From NCBI GenBank assembly GCA_043822305.1, contig JBDRBU010000052.1:1-19067 (forward strand): a stretch of 19,067 bases of DNA, in the 5' to 3' direction. The stretch comes from Candidatus Firestoneibacteriota bacterium (GTDB lineage: Bacteria > Oederibacteriota > D2-FULL-39-29 > JBDRBU01). This document shows, piece by piece, positions 1-7,288 of the stretch. Position 1 is the stretch's first letter, and each line of letters opens with the position of its first letter. Made by a program: the position numbers and the translations under genes. The notes beneath the pieces are model-generated. The model saw nothing but the letters and a program-made list of their open reading frames with translations. It searched no databases and was not told the DNA's origin.

Positions 1-137
1 TACCTCCTGAATTTCCTTTTATTCCTTTCATCAAACTTTATTATACCATATATCATTTCATTTTTGTATATCTTTTTAATTTTTCTGTAAATAAATTTAT
101 TTTTTATCCTCTAAATCATAGTTTTGGGACAGCCTCT
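1..137 (-). mobile_element. Probable left end of an insertion sequence (IS1182-like); transposase presumably just left of the window
   Basis: 121-137 reads AGAGGCTGTCCCAAAAC on the minus strand, resembling GAGGCTGTCYCAAAA IS1182-family terminal repeats as I recall them. Dehydrogenase homology starts abruptly at 138. The minus strand carries an inward TGnTATAAT (48-40) and SD AGGAGGT (8-2) pointing out of the window. Confidence 0.6.
2..48 (-). promoter_or_regulatory. Extended -10 promoter element (TGGTATAAT) and Shine-Dalgarno (AGGAGGT) for a gene starting left of the window
   Basis: Plus strand ATTATACCA at 40-48 and ACCTCCT at 2-8; no convincing -35. Confidence 0.55.
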
Positions 138-1079
138 AAAGCAGTAGGAATCTGTGGTTCAGATGTTCATTACTATAAGAATTGTAAAATTGGTGATCAG
201 GTTGTAAAGAAACCACATATACTTGGCCATGAAGTTTCGGGTCTGGTAGTTAAGATTGGAAAAAATGTAAAGAGCATAAAAACAGGCACTCGTGTTGCCG
301 TTGAACCAGGCATTTCTTGTGGTAAGTGTGAATACTGTTTAAAAGACAGACCAAATATATGTGCAAATGTGAAATTCTTGGGAACACCACCTACAAATGG
401 AGCATTTGTTGAATACATATCTTATCCAGCTGATCATCTTTTTCGACTTCCAGCCGGAGTTAGTTTTTCTGAAGGAGCATTAATTGAAACACTTAGTGTT
501 GGGATGTATGCCGTAGAACTTTCCGAGTTGAAAAGGGGTGATGATCTGGCCATATTAGGCTGCGGACCAATAGGGCTTGTTACTTTAAAAGTGGCTTCAA
601 GATTAGGAGCCAGTAGAATTTTTATAACCGATGTCATAGAAGAACGACTTAAATTTGCGAAGAAATACAAAAATGTTATTACCATAAATGCAAAAGATAA
701 TAATCCTGTTAAGATAATAAAGCAGTTAACAAGGAATCGCGGCGTTGATCTAGTTTTTGAAGCAGCAGGTTCTATCGAGACATTTAAACAATCTGTGGAA
801 ATTTGCAGCATAGGTGGTAAAGTCATATGGATAGGAATTCCAGAAGAAGATTTTGTATCTATTGACCCACATATGGCCAGAAGAAAGGAAATAATCATAA
901 AATTAGTTCGCAGAACAAAACATAATTATCAAAAATGCATAGACGCCATAACCTCTGGTAATATAGTTGTAAAAGATATGGTAACTCATAAATTTAAACT
1001 TAAAGATGTAAAAAAAGCATTTAAATTGGTTGAAAATTATTCTGATGGTGTGATGAAAGCGATGATAGTAGGGAAGTAA
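138..1079 (+). pseudogene. 5'-truncated Zn-dependent sorbitol/L-iditol 2-dehydrogenase-like (MDR family) gene
   Basis: The frame of the 369..1079 ORF is open back to 138: KAVGICGSDVHYY...ILGHEVSG...EPGISCGKCEYCLKDRPNIC. This includes the catalytic Zn motifs CGSD and GHE and the structural Zn Cys cluster; GCGPIG Rossmann motif follows. No RBS or plausible start upstream of 138; roughly the first 35 residues are missing. Confidence 0.8.
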
Positions 1080-1092
1080 AAGGAGAAGAAAA

Positions 1093-1770
1093 ATGTTTAA
1101 AAAATATTCAATAGGAATTGATTTTGGGACAAATTCTGTAAGAACTTTAATAGTTGATATTTCAAATGGAAAAGAAATAGGTACATATGTTTTTAATTAT
1201 GAAAAAGGAGAAAATGGAATTATACTTGATAAGAAAAACCCACTTGTGGCCAGACAGCATCCAGCAGATTATCTTAAAGGATTAGAAGTTTCAATAATTG
1301 GGGCATTAAAGCAATCAGATAAAGTTAAGGGATTTAAAAGATCTGATGTTATAGGTCTAGGAGTAGATACAACAGGAAGTACCCCCATGCCGGTTGATGA
1401 AAAAGGAATCCCTCTTGCCTTAAAAAAAGAATTTAAAAATAATATTAATGCACTCTCCTGGTTATGGAAAGACCATTCAAGTTATAAAGAAGCACAAGAA
1501 ATTACTGAATTAGCCATAAAAAGAGGAGAGCCATATTTAAATAAATGTGGCGGTGTTTACTCATCCGAATGGTTTTTTTCTAAAATTCTTTATTGTTTAA
1601 AAAAAGATTCTAAAGTTTTTGATTCTGCATATACCTGGGTTGAATTAGCAGATTTTATACCTGCTGTTTTAACCGGGGTTCAGAAACCAGAAGAAATCAA
1701 AAGAAGTATATGTGCTGCCGGACATAAAGCGATGTTTAATTCAAATATATATTTATCCAAAGGTTTATAA
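1093..1770 (+). pseudogene. araB: 3'-truncated ribulokinase (FGGY carbohydrate kinase N-terminal part)
   Basis: IGIDFGTNSVR, GVDTTGSTPMPVD, WKDH, YSSEWF and CAAGHKAM motifs; SD AGGAG at 1081-1085. Only 225 aa, whereas AraB is typically about 550 aa. Homology ends near 1740. Confidence 0.85.
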
Positions 1771-2670
1771 TTTTTATTTAAAATAAACACAGTAGTTGAG
1801 TTAGGAAATTTATCTAAAATCTGCCCGTTTGGAGTGCAGTTAAGGTCCTGAATTTTTTCTGTTTTAATATTTGGATTTGTTGCAAAATCCATTTTTTCAC
1901 CTTTAAGATGATATTTAAACCAATTAACTGTTTCCTGCCTTAATTTATCTGAATAACTATGAGTTGTTTTGCTTATGACAAGCCTTAATTTTTTGGTTGC
2001 ATTATATAATGAGTATATTTTTTTTGCTCTTTCATATGATTTTATGGTGCCTTCTATACAAAAGAAATCATATGCATTTGCTCCAATCTGAACAGGTTTG
2101 GGTGCCATGGCCGTAATGAAATCATCATGATTTATCCCATTTTTTATTGCACCAAAAATATTTTGCTCAGCATCATGTTCTTGTCCAGTCTTCATATATT
2201 CATATCTTGATGTAATATATGAACAAGGTATAGCGCATTTTATTCTGGTATCTATCATCATTAGATACGAAGTTTGAGTTCCACCACCCGAATTTCCTGT
2301 TACACCAATTTTATTTTTATCAACTTCATCTCTTGAGATTAAATAATCTATTCCTCTTATTCCATCCCAGATGAAATATCTTGCTATTGATGAGCCACAT
2401 ATTATACATTGAAATCCTGCATAACTATGTTCTGTTGTTCCCCATTCCACATCTCTTTTTTTAGTTTTTGGATTGCAATACTGCATTCTTTCACCCTGAC
2501 CAAGTGGGTCTATAACTAATACTACAAATCCATTAAGAACAAGGTCAATGCAAACTTTCTGATATTCTGGATATGCCTTAGCTTCTTTAGTATGACCGCA
2601 TACAAATAATATTCCTGGTGCTTTTCTAATTAAATTTTTAGGAATGTAAAGGTTTGATGTTACAAATATT
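1741..2670 (-). pseudogene. Internal fragment of an acetyl xylan esterase-like alpha/beta hydrolase
   Basis: Nucleophile elbow GVTGNSGGGTQT. The frame extends upstream of the called Met (2486) as IFVTSNLYIP...LFVCGH...DPLGQGER to about 2670, then hits TAA at 2702-2700 without a start. The 3' end runs into antisense araB sequence. Confidence 0.75.
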
Positions 2671-2683
2671 TTTGTTTTTTTTA

Positions 2684-2712
2684 TTGACTTATAAATAATT
2701 TATCAATATAAT
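2684..2712 (+). promoter_or_regulatory. sigma70-type promoter of the MarR gene
   Basis: TTGACT (2684-2689), 17 bp spacer, TATAAT (2707-2712); SD GAGGTG at 2741-2746 before GTG 2751. Confidence 0.85.
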
Positions 2713-2720
2713 ATTTAATA

Positions 2721-2737
2721 TGCCTAACTATTAGGCA
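2721..2737. promoter_or_regulatory. Palindromic operator candidate (MarR autoregulation)
   Basis: TGCCTAA-CTA-TTAGGCA perfect 7-bp inverted repeat between the -10 and the SD. Confidence 0.65.
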
Positions 2738-2750
2738 AAAGAGGTGATTT

Positions 2751-3263
2751 GTGAGAAATTCAGAGTTTAATAGTAAAATAGAATCTGTTTCTAAAGTCTT
2801 TCCTGATTTATTAAAACATCTTCAAACCTTAACCTACCAGGCACTTCCTATTGGAGACACTAAAGAAGAACAACTTTGCGCAGAACTTAGTTTATCTCAG
2901 ATGAAAACTTTATCTGTTTTTATTTGCGAAGATAAACCCTTAAAAATGAGTGATGTTGCCAAAAAATTAAATGTAACCTTACCTACTGTTACGCAGATTG
3001 TAGATAAGTTAGTTTCTTTAGAACTTTTAGAGAGAGTGAGAAATGAAGAAGATAGAAGATTAGTCATAGTAAGTATTACAGAAAAAGGCAAGAGGTTAGT
3101 AAGGATGTCCCAGGAAAGAAGAATAGAATCATTCAAATGGTGGTTAGAAAAATTAAGTTTAAAAGAGCAGATGGAATTAGTTGCAACTCTTGAGAAATTG
3201 AATGAGATTTTAGAGAGGATAAAAAAAATAGAAAGAGAAGAAAAATTAGCAAGAAAGATATAA
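2751..3263 (+). CDS. MarR family transcriptional regulator
   Basis: LSLSQ...MSDVAKKLNVTLPTVTQIVDKL...LERVRNEEDRRLVIVSITEKG winged-helix with DRR motif. Confidence 0.92.
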   Translation: MRNSEFNSKIESVSKVFPDLLKHLQTLTYQALPIGDTKEEQLCAELSLSQMKTLSVFICEDKPLKMSDVAKKLNVTLPTVTQIVDKLVSLELLERVRNEEDRRLVIVSITEKGKRLVRMSQERRIESFKWWLEKLSLKEQMELVATLEKLNEILERIKKIEREEKLARKI

Positions 3264-3315
3264 AAATGTATGACTATGGAGAATGTGAAATTTAGGTTTT
3301 TAGATGAGGTGTGAG

Positions 3316-3507
3316 ATGAAAAACAGTAAAAACATACAAATCAATTTTTTAAATCAAAACACTCCAACAAACAAGACAGAAAAAACCGTGGCAGATGTTT
3401 TTAGAGCAGCAGGACAAATAATGTATAATTATTATACTCTAGTATTAAAAAAAGATCCTAAAATTTTTAAATCTAAAAGAAAGCGGACAATTAAAATGTT
3501 AAAATGA
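3316..3507 (+). CDS. Small basic hypothetical protein, likely partner of the downstream nucleotidyltransferase
   Basis: SD GAGGTG at 3306-3311 favours ATG 3316 over 3304; ATGA overlap with the next gene. Confidence 0.6.
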   Translation: MKNSKNIQINFLNQNTPTNKTEKTVADVFRAAGQIMYNYYTLVLKKDPKIFKSKRKRTIKMLK

Positions 3508-3956
3508 AAAACACTTATTATAGTGGAGATTATTTAAAATTTTTAAAAATATTAGATAAACATAAAGTGGACTATTTAATTATTGGTGGATATGCAACAA
3601 TGCTTTACACAAAAATACCAAGGGGTACTAAAGATATGGATACATGGATTCGTCAAACAGAGAAAAATGCGAAGAATATTAGTGAGGCCATAAAAGAATT
3701 TGCTGGTAAAGAAATACCAATAGAAATCCTTTTGAAGGAAAATCAAAGAATTGAGATTAAAAGTGAAACATTTAAAATAGAAATATGGACATCACAAGAA
3801 ATAATAAAATTTGAACAGGCATGGGATGAAAAGAAAACAGAAAAACTCGGAGAAATTACATTAAAGGTAATATCAAAGAATCATTTAATCAAACTGAAAA
3901 AGCATTTCAATCGGCCTCAAGACAGGCTAGATTTATCTTTGTTAGAAGAGGAGTAA
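3504..3956 (+). CDS. Pol-beta superfamily minimal nucleotidyltransferase (DUF6036/AbiEii-like)
   Basis: YLIIGGYA...RGTKDMD catalytic motif and C-terminal K...RPQDRLDL motif typical of these NTases. Confidence 0.8.
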   Translation: MKNTYYSGDYLKFLKILDKHKVDYLIIGGYATMLYTKIPRGTKDMDTWIRQTEKNAKNISEAIKEFAGKEIPIEILLKENQRIEIKSETFKIEIWTSQEIIKFEQAWDEKKTEKLGEITLKVISKNHLIKLKKHFNRPQDRLDLSLLEEE

Positions 3957-4025
3957 CATTAGAATTATGATTCTGATTATACCGAAGGGATATAACAAAA
4001 TCTTAAAGAAATAAAAGGAGGCGGT

Positions 4026-4934
4026 ATGAGTGCGATACTATTAGATGGAGAAAGTTTAGCAAGAAAAATTAAAGAAGGGTTGAAAAAAGAAATAGAAGAT
4101 TTTAAGTCCAAAGGAAAATTGTTAACTTTAGTTGCTATTCAGGTAGGAGAAAATCCAGCTTCGCGAGTTTATGTTAACCAGCAGAAAAAAGCGTGTGAAG
4201 AGATGGGATTAGTTTATAGTTTAAAAGAACTACCAGCAACTACAACTGAATTAGAACTTATAAATGTAGTAGAAAGTTTAAATAAAGATGTTTTTGTAAC
4301 GGGGATAATACTTCAAATGCCATTACCACAAAACATGAATCCAAAAAATGTGCAGGTTAAAATTTCTCCAGAAAAAGATGTAGAAGGACTTAATCCATAT
4401 AATATAGGATTACTTGTTTACGGTAAACAAAAAGTTGCACCCTGCACGGCCATGGGAGCCGTAGAACTTTTAAAAAGTAGTGGAGTTGAATTAAAAGGAA
4501 AAGAAGTTGTAATAGTAGGGCATAGTGAGATTGTAGGAAAACCTATAACTTTGCTTATGCTTCAATCACTTTTGGAATCTCCAACTCCTACAATATGTCA
4601 CATCGCAACTAAAGACCTGTCATTTCATACAAAAAGAGCAGATATAGTTTTTGTTGGTGTAGGAAAGCCGGGTTTAATAAAAGGTGATATGTTAAAAGAA
4701 GGTTCAATAGTTATTGATATAGGGATAAATAGAATACCTGTGTTGAACGAAAAGGGTGAAAAAATAATAGATGAAAAATCAGGGAAGCCTAAAATGAAAA
4801 CAGTAGGTGATGTTGAATTTGAAAAAGCGAAAGAAATTTGTTCTTATATTTCACCTGTGCCGGGTGGAGTTGGTCCACTTACAGTAACCATGCTTATTAA
4901 AAATACAGTAGAGTGTGCCAAGTGGCAGGGATGA
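4026..4934 (+). CDS. folD: Methylenetetrahydrofolate dehydrogenase (FolD family)
   Basis: GIILQMPLP, EKDVEG, PCTAMG, IDIGINR, GDV and SPVPGGVGPLT motifs; SD AGGAGG upstream. Confidence 0.96.
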   Translation: MSAILLDGESLARKIKEGLKKEIEDFKSKGKLLTLVAIQVGENPASRVYVNQQKKACEEMGLVYSLKELPATTTELELINVVESLNKDVFVTGIILQMPLPQNMNPKNVQVKISPEKDVEGLNPYNIGLLVYGKQKVAPCTAMGAVELLKSSGVELKGKEVVIVGHSEIVGKPITLLMLQSLLESPTPTICHIATKDLSFHTKRADIVFVGVGKPGLIKGDMLKEGSIVIDIGINRIPVLNEKGEKIIDEKSGKPKMKTVGDVEFEKAKEICSYISPVPGGVGPLTVTMLIKNTVECAKWQG

Positions 4935-4945
4935 ATATAATTACT

Positions 4946-4970
4946 GATTGCGAATTTCGGATTACGGATT
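4946..4970 (+). repeat. Degenerate heptamer tandem repeat (about 3.5 units)
   Basis: GATTGCG AATTTCG GATTACG GATT in the folD-cooC spacer. Confidence 0.55.
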
Positions 4971-4982
4971 AAAAGGATATTT

Positions 4983-5741
4983 ATGCCGGGAGTAAAGATT
5001 GCGGTGAGTGGTAAAGGAGGGGTAGGCAAGACAACAATATCTTCGCTTTTATCACTTGAGTTTTCAAAGAAGGGGTATAGAGTTCTGGGTGTAGATTGTG
5101 ACCCAAATTCTAATTTAGGTAATTATTTAGGGATAAAAGAAGAAATAAAGCCAATAATTGAGATGCGGTCTTTGATAGAAGAAAGGATGGAAACAAAATT
5201 AGATAGTGTCGGAAATTTTTTTAAATTAAATCCAAAAGTAGATGATATTCCTGACAAATTTTCTAAGAGTATAGATGGAATTAAAGTAATTTCTATGGGG
5301 ACAATAAAAAAAGGCGGAACAGGTTGTGCTTGTCCAGAGAATACTTTTATAAAGTCTTTAGTTAGCCATCTTATTCTACATCGAGATGAAGTTGTGATTA
5401 TGGATATGGAAGCTGGATTGGAACATTTTGGCCGGGGAATGGCTGAAGGGGTTGATTTATTAATTATTGTCGTAGAGCCATCGATGGCCAGTATAGAAAC
5501 GGCCAGAAAGATTAAAAAATTAGCAAAAGATATAAAAATAAAAAAAGTTTTTGTAATAATAAATAAAATAAAAAACGAAAAAGAAAAAGATTATATTTTG
5601 AAATATTTCAATAAGGAAGAAATTTTAGGTGAATTATTTGTAGAAGACAAAATTCGCAATGATTCACTAAATGCTAATTTTCCAGTAAGATTAGGCAAAG
5701 AGAACATAAAAAGGTTTGAAGCAATTGTTTGTGGTTTGTAA
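4983..5741 (+). CDS. cooC: CO dehydrogenase nickel-insertion ATPase CooC
   Basis: Deviant Walker A GKGGVGKTT, DCDP, GCACPE metal-binding CxC, DMEAGLEHFGRG. Confidence 0.92.
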   Translation: MPGVKIAVSGKGGVGKTTISSLLSLEFSKKGYRVLGVDCDPNSNLGNYLGIKEEIKPIIEMRSLIEERMETKLDSVGNFFKLNPKVDDIPDKFSKSIDGIKVISMGTIKKGGTGCACPENTFIKSLVSHLILHRDEVVIMDMEAGLEHFGRGMAEGVDLLIIVVEPSMASIETARKIKKLAKDIKIKKVFVIINKIKNEKEKDYILKYFNKEEILGELFVEDKIRNDSLNANFPVRLGKENIKRFEAIVCGL

Positions 5742-5745
5742 TAAG

Positions 5746-5779
5746 GACAACCCCCTAACCCCCTTTATTAAGGGGGAAT
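5746..5779. repeat. REP-like palindromic repeat, copy 1
   Basis: GACAACCCCCTAACCCCCTTTATTAAGGGGGAAT; stem CCCCCTT/AAGGGGG; near-identical to 10248-10282. Confidence 0.8.
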
Positions 5780-5809
5780 TAAAAATTAGAGGGCTTTACG
5801 GATTATCTT

Positions 5810-6580
5810 ATGTCAATGACTATAGCCATATCAGGTAAGGGTGGGACAGGCAAGACAACAATAGCAGGGTTGCTTGTTAAATATTTAAAATCTTTAAACA
5901 AGAAAAATATTTTAGTCATTGATGCTGACCCTAATTCTAATTTACACAGTGTGTTAGGGATTAAATTAGAAAAAACCATAGGAGATATTATAGAAGAGAT
6001 TAAAGAAAAAGTAGATAAATTACAGGATTTACCGGGCAAGATGTCAAAATCAGAATATATTTCATATGAGTTAGAAAATATTCTGTTTGAAGGAAAAGGG
6101 TTTGATTTTTTATCAATGGGTATGCCAGAAGGGGCTGGCTGTTATTGTTTTATAAATTCAGTTTTAAGGACAGCCATAGATATTTTGACAAAAAGGTATA
6201 ATTTTGTAATAATAGATAATGAGGCCGGGATGGAACACTTTAACAGGAAGACGACACAGAAAGTAGATATACTTTTTATTGTTTCTGATGCAACAGTTAG
6301 AGGAATAAAAACGGCTAACCATATAAAAGAACTAATTAAAAATTTAAAATTAAAAGTTAAAAAAGAATATTTGATAGTAAATAGATTTTTAAAAAGCGAC
6401 AATTTATTAGAAAACGAGATAAAAAATACAGGATTAGAAATACTGGGGTATTTACCCGAAGATGAAATTGTGACTAAATTTGATTTAGAAGGAAAACCAA
6501 TAATTGATATTCCCGAAGATTCAGGAATTTACAAGGAATTAAAAGATGGTCTGGTCAATAAATTGACCAACCATTCCTAA
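5810..6580 (+). CDS. acsF: Second CooC-family ATPase, AcsF-like (ACS maturation)
   Basis: GKGGTGKTT, DADP, MGMPEGAGCYC (PEG.GCYC typical of the AcsF/CooC2 group), DNEAGMEH. Confidence 0.8.
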   Translation: MSMTIAISGKGGTGKTTIAGLLVKYLKSLNKKNILVIDADPNSNLHSVLGIKLEKTIGDIIEEIKEKVDKLQDLPGKMSKSEYISYELENILFEGKGFDFLSMGMPEGAGCYCFINSVLRTAIDILTKRYNFVIIDNEAGMEHFNRKTTQKVDILFIVSDATVRGIKTANHIKELIKNLKLKVKKEYLIVNRFLKSDNLLENEIKNTGLEILGYLPEDEIVTKFDLEGKPIIDIPEDSGIYKELKDGLVNKLTNHS

Positions 6581-6635
6581 AATTATTTATTTACATTAAG
6601 GGAAGTCATAGTTTAAATAAAATGGGGGTGGGATT

Positions 6636-6917
6636 ATGACAAGTTCTACTATTATTGCAAAAAAATTAGGAATTGAACCAAGAGTACTTGAAAAGGAGAG
6701 TATAAAAACATATTTAGAAAAACATCTTAGATATTTAGAAAGTGAATTATATAATATCGCGGTTAAGTATGAGGTAAAAAATTTTGAGGAATTTATTAAA
6801 CTTATTAATAAGGGCAAAATACACGAAGGAGATAAAGATTGGGAAGATTATTACAAATTTGAAAACATCCAACACAAAAGGGACACAATTATAAAAGTAT
6901 TAAGGTCGTATGAATGA
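6636..6917 (+). CDS. Putative antitoxin of a DUF6516 toxin-antitoxin-like pair
   Basis: 93-aa helical protein with KY...FEEF...WEDY pattern; ATGA overlap with the downstream DUF6516-like gene. Confidence 0.6.
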   Translation: MTSSTIIAKKLGIEPRVLEKESIKTYLEKHLRYLESELYNIAVKYEVKNFEEFIKLINKGKIHEGDKDWEDYYKFENIQHKRDTIIKVLRSYE

Positions 6918-7276
6918 ATAAATTAGAATATTTACAACATTTAGGGCAGATTGTTTATCACAATATAATTGTTGAGACAGAAATCATCGGTTTTAAGTTA
7001 CGTTTTACATTGATAGATGGAAGTTTTATTGATGTTTATTTGCCGGCGAAGGAAAGCAGTGGATTTGCATTTCATTGGGAACATAGACATATAGATAAGT
7101 TGTTTTATCGTTACGATAATTATCCCGATATAAAGTGGCGAAACATTAAAACATTCCCTTATCATTTTCATAATGGTAGACAGGATAAGGTAATTGCAGC
7201 ACATTTTGATAAAGAAGTGATAGAAGGGTTTAAAGATTTTATGGATTTTGTGAGAAGTAAGTTAAAAATCAAATAA
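6914..7276 (+). CDS. DUF6516 (TumE-like) putative nuclease toxin
   Basis: YRYDNYPD...KTFPYHFH matches the RYDN.P....TFPHH.H pattern of DUF6516. Confidence 0.72.
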   Translation: MNKLEYLQHLGQIVYHNIIVETEIIGFKLRFTLIDGSFIDVYLPAKESSGFAFHWEHRHIDKLFYRYDNYPDIKWRNIKTFPYHFHNGRQDKVIAAHFDKEVIEGFKDFMDFVRSKLKIK

Positions 7277-7288
7277 AAAGGAGAAATT

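Noticed and set aside
369..1079. Intact 236-aa dehydrogenase starting at GTG 369
   Set aside because: Catalytic Zn motifs lie upstream in the same frame (138-368); the start is internal to a truncated gene.
1680..1770. Functional convergent gene overlap
   Set aside because: Explained by read-through across a rearrangement junction between two gene fragments.
5759..5776. Rho-independent terminator (also 10262-10279)
   Set aside because: GC-rich stem but no U-tract on either strand; better explained as a dispersed repeat.
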